Source of the DNA: an uncultured Aliarcobacter sp.
GTDB taxonomy: Bacteria; Campylobacterota; Campylobacteria; Campylobacterales; Arcobacteraceae
DNA length: 64,000 nt
Direction: 5' to 3'
Assembly: GCA_963664305.2 (NCBI GenBank)
Contig: CAXXLV010000001.1
Location: forward strand, 512,001-576,000
The translations under genes and the position numbers were made by a program. The notes below the pieces were generated by a model that was not told where the DNA came from, made no database searches, and worked only from the letters and a program-made list of their open reading frames with translations. Positions 39,879 to 50,943 of this stretch are shown in pieces. Each line of letters begins with the position of its first letter. The stretch's first letter is position 1.

Positions 39879-40895
39879 CTAATACTCTTTTTTAATCGTT
39901 TTTGAATATAAAATATATGTACCAATAATCCAAATAATTGGGATTATATATAATGCATGTAAAAGAATTTTATCTCCTATTGCTTTTATTAAAACATAAT
40001 AAGAAACAACAGCAACCAAAGAGTATAAAACTGCTCTATTTTTTTCGTATCTTGGATTAAAATATCCAAAAGTAATCACTAAAAATAAAGAAACTAAAGG
40101 AAAAACTGAAGTTAAGATATAAAATGTTAAATCATCAATATCAATATTCTTTTTGATATTATTTTTCCAATATTCATAGGTATTTGTAAAAATTCCTATT
40201 TTACTATCGGCGATTGAATCATTTATATACATTGATTCATAATCGATTTGATTAAACTCTTTTTCATCAATAATAAAAGCTTTCCCATTTAATAATTTGA
40301 AACTAAGACTTCCGTTGTCATTGTTTAAAATCGCTGTATCACTAACTATAAATTGGTCGTTTTTTTTATCAGTTTTAAATAGTTTTACATCTTCATAAAC
40401 TTTATCGTTTTTTCCACTAATATAAATAAGCCAATCTCCAAATTTTTGTCCAAATTCACTGGCTTTTATATTGAAGTTTGCCTCTTTTGTTTTTACATCT
40501 AAAAACTGTTTTGTTAAAAATTTAGTTTTTGGAATTAATCCAACTGAGATAATTAAAAGTAAAATTGATAAAAGAAGAGTTATTGGTAAAAAAACTTTTA
40601 GAATTTTTACAGGATTTAGTCCAAATGATGTAATAACTGTTAATTCATACTCACTTGCAAGTTTTGCTAAAGTAATAACCAATGAGATAAAAAAAGATAT
40701 TGGCATAGTATAAAATATAATTTGAGGAATTACATAAGCATATAGTTTAAATAATTCAAAAAAATCCATTGTAATTACAGATGTTAAAGAAGCGATTTTT
40801 ACTAAAAAAACGATTGAAGTAATAAAAAATAGTCCTAAAAATATAGGGAAAAATGTAACTGCTAATTGAGAATATAAGTATTGGTTTAATTTCAA
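39879..40895 (-). CDS. LptF/LptG family LPS export permease
   Basis: 3+3 TM layout; LASEYELTVITSFG motif. Confidence 0.88.
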   Translation of the reverse strand: MKLNQYLYSQLAVTFFPIFLGLFFITSIVFLVKIASLTSVITMDFFELFKLYAYVIPQIIFYTMPISFFISLVITLAKLASEYELTVITSFGLNPVKILKVFLPITLLLSILLLIISVGLIPKTKFLTKQFLDVKTKEANFNIKASEFGQKFGDWLIYISGKNDKVYEDVKLFKTDKKNDQFIVSDTAILNNDNGSLSFKLLNGKAFIIDEKEFNQIDYESMYINDSIADSKIGIFTNTYEYWKNNIKKNIDIDDLTFYILTSVFPLVSLFLVITFGYFNPRYEKNRAVLYSLVAVVSYYVLIKAIGDKILLHALYIIPIIWIIGTYILYSKTIKKEY

Positions 40896-41665
40896 TAAAA
40901 GACCTTTATAAATGTTTCTAATTTAAAAAAATATTCAGTTAAAAAACCTAAAACTAAATAAGGAATAAATGGAGTTTGAATATCTTTTTTTACTAAATTT
41001 GAATAGATTGAAGGTATTATAGCAAAAAAAGCCCCTAAAAATATAGCTAATACTCCACCTGTTAATCCTAAAATCACTCCAATCATTGCAATAATAGGAA
41101 TATCCCCCTCACCTAAAGCCACTTGAGTTTTTAAACTTTCATCTTTTAAAAGTTTTGATTTTATATTTTGAATATAAAATGTAACTATAAAATTTAGTAA
41201 AACAACTGCTCCACTAAATAAAAAAGCATTTTTCAACGATTCCGTAAAAGACAAATCTGTAACAAAAAAAGATAAAACAAATGCAAGTAAAAGTAAATAA
41301 TCAGGAACTGCTTTATATTTAAAATCTATAAAAGATAATACTATTAGCACATATACCAATAAACTCATTAAAAGAAATTCTTTTGAAAGACCTAATTTTA
41401 AAAATATTAAAAGAGTTAAAACTGCACTAATTAACTCCACAGTAAAATATAAACTTGAAATTTTAGCTTTACAATAAGCACAATGTTTTTTTAAAAAAAG
41501 ATATGAAATAAGTGGAATATTGTGATACCAAAAAATTATGTGATTACAAGAGGGACATCTACTTCTATTTTTAGTAAATATTGTTTCATTAGTCGGAAGT
41601 TTTAATATTAAAACACTCAGAAATGAGCCAATACAAGCACCAAAAATAAAACTAAATACCTCCAA
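40892..41665 (-). CDS. pilD: Type IV prepilin peptidase (A24); probable TTG start at 41665
   Basis: GSFLSV, RSRCPSC, NIPLISY, CAYC, IDF, GEGD, PFIPYL. Confidence 0.9.
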   Translation of the reverse strand: MEVFSFIFGACIGSFLSVLILKLPTNETIFTKNRSRCPSCNHIIFWYHNIPLISYLFLKKHCAYCKAKISSLYFTVELISAVLTLLIFLKLGLSKEFLLMSLLVYVLIVLSFIDFKYKAVPDYLLLLAFVLSFFVTDLSFTESLKNAFLFSGAVVLLNFIVTFYIQNIKSKLLKDESLKTQVALGEGDIPIIAMIGVILGLTGGVLAIFLGAFFAIIPSIYSNLVKKDIQTPFIPYLVLGFLTEYFFKLETFIKVFY

Positions 41666-42338
41666 ATCTTCTCTCTCTTTTTGTAAAATCACTTAAAATA
41701 TCATCAAGTTCATTTACACTAAAGTCTGGCCAATATGTTTGCGTAAAAAACATTTCTGCATAAGCATTTTGCCACAATAAATAATTAGAAAGTCTAACTT
41801 CTCCACTTGTACGAATTAGAATATCAACATCACCAAAACCTGCTGTATCAAGACAAGATTCAATATTCTCTTCTGTTACTTCTAAATTTTGTTCATTTAA
41901 TTTTTTAACAGCTCTTACTATTTCATCTTTAGAGCCATAATTAAGTGCTAAAACTTGAGTTAAACCTGTACACGAAGAAGTTTTAGTTTCTGTATCTTTT
42001 ATAGTTTTTTGTAAACTTTTTGAAAATTTACTTAAATCTCCAATAGCTTTAAATCTAATATTGTTTTCAACATAAACAGTTAACTCTTTTTTTAAATATC
42101 TATCTAATAATTTCATTAAAAATTCAACTTCAAGCTTTGGCCTTTGCCAGTTTTCTGTTGAAAATGCATATAAAGTGAGATACTTTACTCCTATTTCTGA
42201 ACAATATTGAGTAATTTCCCGAACTGTTTTAGCACCTTCTTCATGACCAGCAGTTCGATTAAGACCTCTATCTTTTGCCCATCTTCCATTTCCATCCATA
42301 ATAATTGCTATATGTGAAGGAATATTTATATCACTCAT
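41652..42338 (-). CDS. uppS: Undecaprenyl diphosphate synthase
   Basis: HIAIIMDGNGRWA, YAFSTENW, RTSGEVRLSNYLLWQ, RRFGG. Confidence 0.98.
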   Translation of the reverse strand: MSDINIPSHIAIIMDGNGRWAKDRGLNRTAGHEEGAKTVREITQYCSEIGVKYLTLYAFSTENWQRPKLEVEFLMKLLDRYLKKELTVYVENNIRFKAIGDLSKFSKSLQKTIKDTETKTSSCTGLTQVLALNYGSKDEIVRAVKKLNEQNLEVTEENIESCLDTAGFGDVDILIRTSGEVRLSNYLLWQNAYAEMFFTQTYWPDFSVNELDDILSDFTKRERRFGGI

Positions 42339-43602
42339 ATTGACTAAACTCTCTTTGTAAATTCTCTAAAATTTCTAAAGAGATATCTAATTTTGAACCT
42401 TTAAATTCATAAGAATTATTTTTTAAAATTAATTCAATATTATTATTATCACTTCCAAAACTATTTTCATCATTTAAAATATTTAAACATACAGCATCAA
42501 GATTTTTATTTTCAAGCATTCTTGTAGCACTATTTAATGCAGTAGTCTCATCCATTTCTGCTTTGAAACCAATAGATACAATTCCTTCTTTATCAAGTGA
42601 TTTTAAAATATCCATGTTTTGTTTTAACTCTAAATTCCAGTGTGTTCCAATCAACTCTTTTTTTAGTTTCCCTTCTTGTGGGTATGAGGGTAAATAATCA
42701 CTAACCGCTGCAACCATAAATAAAAATGGTCGTTTTAATATCAATGTTGGAGTTGAATTATCCATTAAAGTTGGTTTTGTAAGAATTCCTTTTTTAGCAA
42801 CTCTAATTGAGTCAACTAAATATTCATACATTTCATCTGAACCTTGAACTTTTATTAAATGTATTCCTTTTGGTAAACTCTCATAACCTCTAGTACTTAC
42901 TAAACAAATATCTGCACCTTTATAATAAAGTGCTGTTGCTAAACTAGTTGCCATTTTTCCAGATGAAAAATTTGAAATATATCTAACATCATCAATCTTT
43001 TCAACTGTTCCACCACCACTTAATACAACTTTTCTATTTACCCAATAACTATCTTTTAAAAGTTCTCTACAAGTTGCATCAAAAATATCATTTGGTTCTG
43101 CCATTGCACCATCACCAACATCTTTACAAACTAACTCTTTTGTTTGTGATGAGATAATTTCATAATTACAAAGTTTAAGCATTTTAAGGCTTGCTTGAGT
43201 AATAGGATTTTTTAACATATTTGTATTTGCTGCTGGTGCTATTAGTTTAATTCTTGGATATGCAAGTGCGGTTTGTAATAATAAATTATTCCCTAAACCA
43301 TTTGCTAAAGCATTTATTGTATTAGCGCTCGCTGGTGCTATTACAAAAATATCAGACCATTTTCCAATATCTATGTGATTATAATCTTGAGTTTTATCCC
43401 AATTTTCACTACTTTCATCTAAAACTCTATTTTGTGAAATTGCTTCAAATGTAATTGGATTTATAAATTTTCTAGCACCTTCAGTCATAATAACTCGCAC
43501 CTTGGCACCAGCTTTTACATAAAGTCTAATAAGTTCTAAAGTTTTATAAATAGCAATTGAACCAGTAACTCCAACTAATATTTTTTTGTTTTTTAAAAGC
43601 AT
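42331..43602 (-). CDS. coaBC: Phosphopantothenoylcysteine decarboxylase/ligase
   Basis: GVTGSIAIYK, APASANT, DDVRYISNFSSGKM, AAVSDY, GFKAE. Confidence 0.97.
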   Translation of the reverse strand: MLLKNKKILVGVTGSIAIYKTLELIRLYVKAGAKVRVIMTEGARKFINPITFEAISQNRVLDESSENWDKTQDYNHIDIGKWSDIFVIAPASANTINALANGLGNNLLLQTALAYPRIKLIAPAANTNMLKNPITQASLKMLKLCNYEIISSQTKELVCKDVGDGAMAEPNDIFDATCRELLKDSYWVNRKVVLSGGGTVEKIDDVRYISNFSSGKMATSLATALYYKGADICLVSTRGYESLPKGIHLIKVQGSDEMYEYLVDSIRVAKKGILTKPTLMDNSTPTLILKRPFLFMVAAVSDYLPSYPQEGKLKKELIGTHWNLELKQNMDILKSLDKEGIVSIGFKAEMDETTALNSATRMLENKNLDAVCLNILNDENSFGSDNNNIELILKNNSYEFKGSKLDISLEILENLQREFSQYE

Positions 43603-43604
43603 TT

Positions 43605-44903
43605 TTACTTCTTTTTATTTGAAAAATGCTTATAAAAATAACCATCAATTGTTTTTGCTTTTGCACGTGTAAGATATAACTCACCTTTTTTAACGTCACC
43701 AGTTACCGTTGAACCAGCACCAATTAACACATCATCTTCTATATTAACAGGAGCTACAAACTGTGTATCACTTCCAACAAAAACATTTTTCCCTATGATT
43801 GTTTGATGTTTATTCACACCATCATAATTACAAGTAATTGTTCCACATCCAATATTTGTTCCCTCATCTATTGAACAATCTCCAAGATATGATAAATGCC
43901 CAGCTTTTACACCATTTAAAATTGCTTTTTTTGTCTCTACAAAGTTTCCTATATGAGTATTTGTTAGTTCACTTCCTGGTCTTACTCTTCCCATTGGTCC
44001 AACATCACTATCTTTTACAATTGAGTCTTCAACAACAGAATTTGTTTTGATATGAGAGTTTATAATTTTAGCATTTCCAAGTAAACTTACACCATTTTCT
44101 ATGATACTTTCACCTTCAATTTCAACACCCTCTTCTATATAAATAGTATCAGGTAATCTCATAATAACACCAGCTTTTAAGAACTCTTTTTTAATTCTAT
44201 TTTGATGAATAACTTCAGCATCAGCTAATTCTACTTTTGAATTAACTCCTTTAAAATTTTCTTCATTTACAACAAGAGGTTTTAAAACTAATCCTTGATT
44301 TATTGCCATTTCCACTAAATCTGTGATGTAGTACTCTTTTTGTGCATTGTTATTGTCTAATTTTGGAAGATTCTCAAGTAAAAATTTTGTTTCAAATTGA
44401 TAAATCCCTGCATTTGCAGTTGTAATTGCTAACTCTTCAGGAGTTGCATCTTTTTGTTCAACTATTTTTTTAACATTACCATTTTCAATAATTACTCTTC
44501 CATAACCATCTGCACTTTTCAGTTCTAAAACAGACATCACAATCGTTGCATCAATTTCAAATTTTTCCAACTCACTTGCTTGAATTAAAGGCATATCACC
44601 ATTTAAAACTAATACTTTTTCATATTTTGGAACTATTCCCATAACAGCCCCACCAGTTCCTGGGAAATTTAAGTGGTCTTGAATTACAAAATTTATATTT
44701 GAAAAATATTTTTCTATTTCAGCTTTTACACGTTCAAATTGGTGAAATAAAACCACTGTAATATCATCACTTAATTTTAAAGCCTCTTTTATTGAATAAT
44801 ATAACATTGGTTTACCTGAAATCTTATGTAATACCTTTGGAGTATCTGATTTCATTCTAGTTCCTGCACCTGCTGCAAGTATAATTATTGATTTATTAAA
44901 CAT
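43605..44903 (-). CDS. glmU: Bifunctional GlmU
   Basis: [17 protein letters not shown], hexapeptide repeats, HLSYLGD, TCNYDG. Confidence 0.98.
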   Translation of the reverse strand: MFNKSIIILAAGAGTRMKSDTPKVLHKISGKPMLYYSIKEALKLSDDITVVLFHQFERVKAEIEKYFSNINFVIQDHLNFPGTGGAVMGIVPKYEKVLVLNGDMPLIQASELEKFEIDATIVMSVLELKSADGYGRVIIENGNVKKIVEQKDATPEELAITTANAGIYQFETKFLLENLPKLDNNNAQKEYYITDLVEMAINQGLVLKPLVVNEENFKGVNSKVELADAEVIHQNRIKKEFLKAGVIMRLPDTIYIEEGVEIEGESIIENGVSLLGNAKIINSHIKTNSVVEDSIVKDSDVGPMGRVRPGSELTNTHIGNFVETKKAILNGVKAGHLSYLGDCSIDEGTNIGCGTITCNYDGVNKHQTIIGKNVFVGSDTQFVAPVNIEDDVLIGAGSTVTGDVKKGELYLTRAKAKTIDGYFYKHFSNKKK

Positions 44904-44913
44904 TCTTTTCCTT

Positions 44914-46848
44914 CTAAATTAATACTTCATTTACTTCTTTTTTTAAATTCTCAACTACCTCTTCTAAGGCATTTTTCATCTTACTGTCATTTACATTTGC
45001 ACTTAATAATTTATCCAAATTTTTTTCTCTATCTTTGAAAAATTGTGCAACTTTTCTATTCTTTGGATTTCTATTATACATTAAAACTCCAGAAGCAACT
45101 AAGGCAATTACCAATCTTGCATGCCCAAAAATTGCTGCATAATTTAATAAAGTAAATCCTGAATTATCAGGTTGATTCATATCTGCACCAGCAGAGATAA
45201 GCCATCTTGCTATTTTATAATTCCCATGCCATTGCGTATGATGAAGAGCTGTTCTTCCATGAATATCTTTTATTGTTAAATCAGCTTTTTTTGTCAAAAG
45301 TTTTTCTACAACAACTAAATCATCAGCAATTACAGCTTTATGAATTACAGTTCTTCCGTCATTATCTTGAATATCTATATTTACTCTATACTTTAAAAAA
45401 TTAACCAATCTTTCAATAAATGATTCTCTTTCTCTTTTCTCTTTTAGTTTTATTCCCTCTTCTACCATATACATCAAAGGAGTAGAGCCATTTTTATCTG
45501 TAATATTCAGATTTACACCATAATTAATAATTGTTCTTAATGTTTCAAAATCATTATATAAAACAACATCAAATAAAATATTTTTTCCATCTAATCTTTG
45601 AGTCTCAATATTTGGTCGATAAGTTAATATTTTTTTTAGTAAAACATCATACTTTTCATCTTCTTTTATCAATTGTGTCAATATTGGATTTGATTTTTTA
45701 AATCCTTTATTAATTGCAATTATCTCAACTATATCATCAACTACACTTCTTTCATCCAAATCTCTTGCATCAAGATTTGCACCTTTAGAGACTAAAAAAT
45801 CTATCATTTTATAGTTTGAATATCCTTTTAGAATCTCTTTATAAACTATATTTTTATTATTCTCATCACTAAAATTGACATTCGCACCACAATTTACTAA
45901 AAATTCTGCATTAGAGAAATTTTTATTTTCTATTTCTCTTTGTAATGTAGTTTTACCATCTTCATGAATCTTATCTATTTCTAAACCATTATCAATAAAT
46001 AAAAGTGCTAATGGTAAATAATCTTTATCCAAAGTTATAAGTTTATATTTCCCTTCTAACTCTTTTTGCTCATTTTTTTGTAAATCAACAATATATAAAA
46101 GTTCATCTATTATATTTTTATTAAAATTATCAACAAGATTTATATTTATATTTTTTTTGATTAAAAGCTCAATTAAAGGAATTGCTTTTGAACCTTGTAA
46201 AATTGCATTAAAAAGAACATTTTGTCCATTTCTATCTAAAAAGTTTACATTTGCACCATTTAAAATAAGCGTTAATGCAATATTTATATCTTCTTTTAGA
46301 ACTGCTCTAAAAAGTGCTGTTTGTGAATTTTCATCTAAAGTATTTAAAGTATCTAAATTATTAACTATATCTTTTAAAATAGTTAAATTTTCACCTTCAA
46401 CAGCATCAAATAAAACAGTTTTTCCATAACCATCTTTTATATTAAAATCAGGATTATATGTTATTAATATTTGGAACATTTTAAGATTTGCAAGTAAAGC
46501 CATATCTTGTAAAATAGTTCGTCCTGAACTATTTTTTCTATTTATATCAAAACCATTTTCAAGAAAAAACCTAACCATAATTCCATCAGTTCTTTCACAA
46601 GCATCATCTAAAACAGTTTTTCCATAATTATCTTCTATATAAAAATTAGCACCGTTTTTTAATAAGATTCTAATTGCGTCTAATTTCTTTTTTGCAGATA
46701 AAGAAAAAAGGATTGTTCTTCCTTTTTCATCTTTTTTGTTTAAATCAATACCTCTATTTATATATCTTTGGATTTTATTTACATCTAAATTTTCAGAGAA
46801 TAACTCTTTATAAAAAAGGTCTTCATTTACCTTAAAAAGATTAAACAC
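44914..46848 (-). CDS. Ankyrin-repeat protein
   Basis: Many D..G.T.L..A repeats across the whole length (e.g. [17 protein letters not shown]). Confidence 0.92.
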   Translation of the reverse strand: MFNLFKVNEDLFYKELFSENLDVNKIQRYINRGIDLNKKDEKGRTILFSLSAKKKLDAIRILLKNGANFYIEDNYGKTVLDDACERTDGIMVRFFLENGFDINRKNSSGRTILQDMALLANLKMFQILITYNPDFNIKDGYGKTVLFDAVEGENLTILKDIVNNLDTLNTLDENSQTALFRAVLKEDINIALTLILNGANVNFLDRNGQNVLFNAILQGSKAIPLIELLIKKNININLVDNFNKNIIDELLYIVDLQKNEQKELEGKYKLITLDKDYLPLALLFIDNGLEIDKIHEDGKTTLQREIENKNFSNAEFLVNCGANVNFSDENNKNIVYKEILKGYSNYKMIDFLVSKGANLDARDLDERSVVDDIVEIIAINKGFKKSNPILTQLIKEDEKYDVLLKKILTYRPNIETQRLDGKNILFDVVLYNDFETLRTIINYGVNLNITDKNGSTPLMYMVEEGIKLKEKRERESFIERLVNFLKYRVNIDIQDNDGRTVIHKAVIADDLVVVEKLLTKKADLTIKDIHGRTALHHTQWHGNYKIARWLISAGADMNQPDNSGFTLLNYAAIFGHARLVIALVASGVLMYNRNPKNRKVAQFFKDREKNLDKLLSANVNDSKMKNALEEVVENLKKEVNEVLI

Positions 46849-46907
46849 TAAAACATTCCTTTATATATTATACTTTTGTTAAACTATACATTTTAGCTAA
46901 TTTTTGA

Positions 46908-48479
46908 TTAAATTGTTTTTCGCCTTCTTGGTTTGAAATCTTTTTTTCTTTCTGTTTCTTTTTTTTCTCCAAAAGGTTTTCTTTTTCTAAAAGTTCTTTC
47001 AGAATTATCTTCTTCTACTAAATTACCTTTTAAAGACTTTTCAATAAAACTATTAAATGAATTTCTTAAAATATATGCCTTATCATGGTCTGGAAAAAGT
47101 TCTGGAAGTTTATATGAAAGCCAAAGATACAAAGATATTTTTTTAACTTCATCTTCAACTAAAAGCAAATCTTTTTGAGTTATCGCTTTTTTAGGAAGTG
47201 TAATAGAAGGTTTATAGTGACAAACTCTTTTTTTAATTACACTTGCAATATATGCCTCATAAGCTTGTAAAATAATTGTTGATTTTGTAGTAATTGGAGC
47301 TTGGGCAAGAAGATATTTATCCTCAAGTTTTAAATTATATCTTGTATCAACTATTTTTGCAGCTTCAAGCATTGATGAAATATTTGCGGCTCTAAATGGT
47401 CCAGAAAAATACATATTGTCTGCAAAAAATTTTAATACTTTTGTTAAAGAATTAGTTTTTATATGACTTGCTAACGCTTCTAATTGATTGTTATTTATTT
47501 TTACTTTAAATGGCGGTTTTATGGTTCTTATTGGAGATTCAAATTCTTGAGCTATATAAGCTAAAACATCTCTTCTAGTTGCACCTAAATAACCAGCTTC
47601 AAAATGCCCATATCTTCCTGCTCGTCCTGCTATTTGAACTATTTCATTAACTGTTATTTTTCTTCTACTCTTTCCATCAAACTTTTCATCTGTTGTAAAT
47701 AAAATAGTTTTAATTGGAAGATTTAAACCCATTGCAATTGCATCTGTTGCAATTAGAATTTGTGTTTTTTTCTCTCTAAATCTTTTTGCTTCATCTCGTC
47801 TTACTTCAGGAGACAAATTTCCATAAATAACAGAAACCGAATACTTCTTTTGAAGTTTTTGTTTTAATTTTAAAACATCACTTCTTGAAAAGGCAATCAA
47901 TGCTGTTCCATCTTCAAGTTTTTCTAAAGGAGTCCATTTTGGTAAAACTTTTAACTCATTTTTTCTTTGATGTTTTATAATTTCTAATTCTTCACCCAAA
48001 TAAGTTGCTATTCTTTTGATAGCATCAAGGGCATTGACACTTCCTGTCATAATGATTTTTTTAGCAGGACATCCAATAATGGCATTTACCCAAGCCCAAC
48101 CTCTATCAACATCTTCAAGCATTTGAACTTCATCAATAACAGCAACATCAACATCTAAATCAAAATCTAACATTTCAATAGTTGAACAAACATGTGCTGC
48201 TTCTTCATCTAACATTTGTTCTTCACCAGTAATAAGTGATGCTTTTATTTTTGATTCTTTTAAATCTTCATAACCTTCTAATGCCAAAAGTCGTAAAGGT
48301 GCCAAATAAAGTCCAGAATTTGCATCTTTTAATTTTTGCATTGCATTATATGTTTTCCCACTATTAGTAGGTCCCACATAAAACTCCAGTTTTCGATTTA
48401 GACTTCTTGCTAATGGATATAAAGTTTTTAAATCACAGTTTAATAAGGTTTGTAGTTGTTCTTGCCAATTTTCTTTCAT
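46908..48479 (-). CDS. SUV3-like superfamily 2 helicase
   Basis: GPTNSGKT, APLRLLA, DEVQ...RGWAW, ATDAIAMGLN, QIAGRAGR; SUV3_C-like YLWLSY..PELF. Confidence 0.92.
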   Translation of the reverse strand: MKENWQEQLQTLLNCDLKTLYPLARSLNRKLEFYVGPTNSGKTYNAMQKLKDANSGLYLAPLRLLALEGYEDLKESKIKASLITGEEQMLDEEAAHVCSTIEMLDFDLDVDVAVIDEVQMLEDVDRGWAWVNAIIGCPAKKIIMTGSVNALDAIKRIATYLGEELEIIKHQRKNELKVLPKWTPLEKLEDGTALIAFSRSDVLKLKQKLQKKYSVSVIYGNLSPEVRRDEAKRFREKKTQILIATDAIAMGLNLPIKTILFTTDEKFDGKSRRKITVNEIVQIAGRAGRYGHFEAGYLGATRRDVLAYIAQEFESPIRTIKPPFKVKINNNQLEALASHIKTNSLTKVLKFFADNMYFSGPFRAANISSMLEAAKIVDTRYNLKLEDKYLLAQAPITTKSTIILQAYEAYIASVIKKRVCHYKPSITLPKKAITQKDLLLVEDEVKKISLYLWLSYKLPELFPDHDKAYILRNSFNSFIEKSLKGNLVEEDNSERTFRKRKPFGEKKETERKKDFKPRRRKTI

Positions 48480-48534
48480 AGGCGTATTATATACAATAGA
48501 ATATAATACAAGTTTAAATAAATGAAGGACTTTA

Positions 48535-49656
48535 ATGAATTGTAAATATTTTGGTATTTGTGCATCTTGTACACTTTTTGATAAAACTTATGAAGAACAA
48601 TTAAACTACAAAATAGAAAGAGAGAAAAATAGATTTTCAAACTTTACAACAATGGATTTTGATATCATAAAAAGTAGTGAGAAAAACTTTAGAAATCGCG
48701 CAGAATTTAGGATTTGGTGGGATAAAGATGAAAATGGAAATGAAATTTTATCTTATGCGATGAATGATTTAAAAAAAAATATCTTAAAAATCGATTCATG
48801 TGAAATAGTTAGTTCTCATATTCAAGAAATTATGCCAAAACTGATATTTGAACTAGAAAAAGATTTAATTCTTTCTTATAAACTTTTTGCAGTTGAATTT
48901 TTAGGAAGTACTACAAAAGATTTACTTATAACTTTAATTTATCACAAAAAATTAGATGAAGAATGGAACAAAAAAGCAAAAGAGATTGAGTTAGCACTAA
49001 ATATCAAAATCATGGGAAGAAGTAGAAAACAAAAAATAGTTCTTAGTTCTGAGTCAATAAATGAAACATTACATATAAATAACAAAAATTTCAAATTTGC
49101 CTACCAAGAAGGTGGTTTTACTCAACCAAATACAAATGTAAATATTCAAATGATTGAATGGGTTTTAAATAATATTAAAAATTCATCAAAAGATTTATGT
49201 GAACTTTATTGTGGTGGAGGTAATTTTACTATTCCACTATCTACAAAATTTAACAAAGTTTTAGCAACTGAAATTTCAAAAACTTCTATAAAATCTGCTT
49301 TAAAAAATTGTGAACTAAATAATATAGAAACTATTAGCTTTATTAGAATGAGTGCAGAAGAGTTTGTACAAGCATTAAATGAAGTAAGACCATTTAATAG
49401 ATTGAAAGATATAAATTTAAAAGATTATAACTTTGATACTATTTTTATGGATCCACCACGTTCAGGTTTAGATGATACAACAAGAGGATTAGCAAAAGAT
49501 TTTGAAAATATAATATATATTTCTTGTAATCCTGAAACTTTACATAGGGATTTAGAAGAGTTAACAAAAACCCATGAACTCGTAAAATTCGCACTATTTG
49601 ATCAATTTGCATTTACAAATCATATTGAAAGTGGAGTAATTCTGAAAAAAAAATAA
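48535..49656 (+). CDS. trmA: tRNA (uracil-54-C5)-methyltransferase
   Basis: RNRAEF, FTQPN, ELYCGGGNF, DPPRSG, YISCNP, FDQF..T.HIE. Confidence 0.96.
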   Translation: MNCKYFGICASCTLFDKTYEEQLNYKIEREKNRFSNFTTMDFDIIKSSEKNFRNRAEFRIWWDKDENGNEILSYAMNDLKKNILKIDSCEIVSSHIQEIMPKLIFELEKDLILSYKLFAVEFLGSTTKDLLITLIYHKKLDEEWNKKAKEIELALNIKIMGRSRKQKIVLSSESINETLHINNKNFKFAYQEGGFTQPNTNVNIQMIEWVLNNIKNSSKDLCELYCGGGNFTIPLSTKFNKVLATEISKTSIKSALKNCELNNIETISFIRMSAEEFVQALNEVRPFNRLKDINLKDYNFDTIFMDPPRSGLDDTTRGLAKDFENIIYISCNPETLHRDLEELTKTHELVKFALFDQFAFTNHIESGVILKKK

Positions 49657-49671
49657 CTATTTTAATCTAAT

Positions 49672-49694
49672 TTTAAGAAATGCAGTGTCATAAT
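49672..49694 (+). promoter_or_regulatory. Putative sigma70-type promoter of flagellin 1 (TG-n-CATAAT)
   Basis: tttaag...TGtCATAAT (49686-49694), identical in copy 2; no sigma28 or sigma54 motif seen. Confidence 0.55.
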
Positions 49695-49700
49695 TTCATT

Positions 49701-49828
49701 ATAAAAATTAGGGATCAATGGATTCCGAAGAGATGAAAAGCTTTCTTCTCTATGCTTGGTGGTACAAGAATGTTTGAAGTTGTGATTTAATTTTATTAGT
49801 CACAATATGTAATTAAAAAGGATTTATT
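49701..49828 (+). ncRNA. Candidate structured 5' leader of flagellin 1 (four hairpins)
   Basis: P1 49711-49726, P2 49729-49751, P3 49755-49768, P4 49780-49805; structure conserved in the paralogous leader. Confidence 0.55.
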
Positions 49829-50707
49829 ATGAGAATTAATACAAACGTTTCATCTTTAACAGCTCAAGAAGCTGCATCAAACACATCAAAAAGAATTACT
49901 GGTTCATTAGAAAAGCTTTCTACTGGTTTAAGAATTAACAAAGCTTCTGATGATGCTTCTGGTCTTGCTATTGCTGATAAATTAAGAACTCAAGCTACAT
50001 CAATTAATCAAGGTATTGCAAATGGTAACTCTGCAGTTTCTTTATTACAAATTGCTGATAAATCAATGGCTGAGCAATCAAACATTCTTGATACAGTTAA
50101 AGCTAAATTAATTCAAGCTAATACAGATACAACTTCTGATGATGGTAAATTATCTATTGCAAAAGATATTAATAAACTTTTAGATCAGTTAAATAATATT
50201 GCGAAACAAACAAACTATAATGGTACAACTCTATTACAAAAAAATAGAAACTCTGCTGTTTCTCAAACTGGTTTATCATTCCAAGTTGGGGAAAACAGAT
50301 CTGATACTATTAAAACAGCAAGTATTAACTCTAATACAACTGGTTTAAAATTAACTACGTTAAAATCAGGTGTTAGTGCAGCTGCTGCTCTTACAGCTGG
50401 AGCAATTGATACAAAATTTGGTAAAACAATTATTTCTGCTGCACAAAAATTAGTTGATGATGCAATTTCTAAACTAAATGGATATAGAGGGGACATGGGT
50501 TCTACTCAAAATCAAGTTGAATCTGCTGTTAGAAACTTAATGACTCAATCTACAAACGTAAGTGCTGCTGAGTCAATTATTAGAGATGTTGATTATGCAC
50601 AAGAGTCTGCAAACTTTAATAAACAAAACATTATTTCTCAAGCTGGTTCATATGCAATCAGTCAAGCAAATTCTGTTCAACAAAACGTATTAAGATTATT
50701 ACAATAA
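49829..50707 (+). CDS. flaA: Flagellin 1 (292 aa)
   Basis: MRINTN, LSTGLRINKASDDASG, IRDVDYAQE, QNVLRLLQ. The flaA name is by position only. Confidence 0.97.
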   Translation: MRINTNVSSLTAQEAASNTSKRITGSLEKLSTGLRINKASDDASGLAIADKLRTQATSINQGIANGNSAVSLLQIADKSMAEQSNILDTVKAKLIQANTDTTSDDGKLSIAKDINKLLDQLNNIAKQTNYNGTTLLQKNRNSAVSQTGLSFQVGENRSDTIKTASINSNTTGLKLTTLKSGVSAAAALTAGAIDTKFGKTIISAAQKLVDDAISKLNGYRGDMGSTQNQVESAVRNLMTQSTNVSAAESIIRDVDYAQESANFNKQNIISQAGSYAISQANSVQQNVLRLLQ

Positions 50708-50717
50708 TCTTCTTCTT

Positions 50718-50748
50718 AAAAAGAGTGAGTTTTTCTCACTCTTTTTTT
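50718..50748 (+). terminator. Intrinsic terminator after flagellin 1
   Basis: aaaaagagtgag-ttttt-ctcactcttttttt. Confidence 0.9.
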
Positions 50749-50809
50749 ATATTACTCTTTCTAAACAATATTAATCTTACAAAATTTAGACTATAAACAA
50801 AAGTTTTAA

Positions 50810-50943
50810 CAAAAGATTTTGAAAATATAATATATATTTCTTGTAATCCTGAAACTTTACATAGGGATTTAGAAGAGTTAACAAAAACCCATGAACTCGT
50901 AAAATTCGCACTATTTGATCAATTTGCATTTACAAATCATATT
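50810..50943 (+). pseudogene. Duplicated 3' fragment of trmA
   Basis: 134 bp identical to 49493-49626 (KDFENIIYISCNPETLHRDL...FTNHI); no start codon, and diverges immediately afterwards. Confidence 0.92.

Larger units (their letters stand above)
49489..50768 (+). repeat. Tandem duplication unit copy 1 (trmA 3' end, leader, flagellin, terminator, maf-end remnant)
   Basis: Aligns with 50806-52085 at an offset of about 1317 bp. Confidence 0.92.

Noticed and set aside
49701..49828. Flagellin leader as a c-di-GMP riboswitch or a tRNA
   Set aside because: No GGCAAA/GNRA-receptor pattern of c-di-GMP-I, and no T-loop or acceptor stem. Kept only as an unclassified structured leader.
49493..50943. 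trmA 3'-end duplication read as attL/attR of an integrated element
   Set aside because: No integrase or mobility gene lies between or near the repeats. The repeat continues through the whole flagellin unit and into maf, which fits tandem duplication better.
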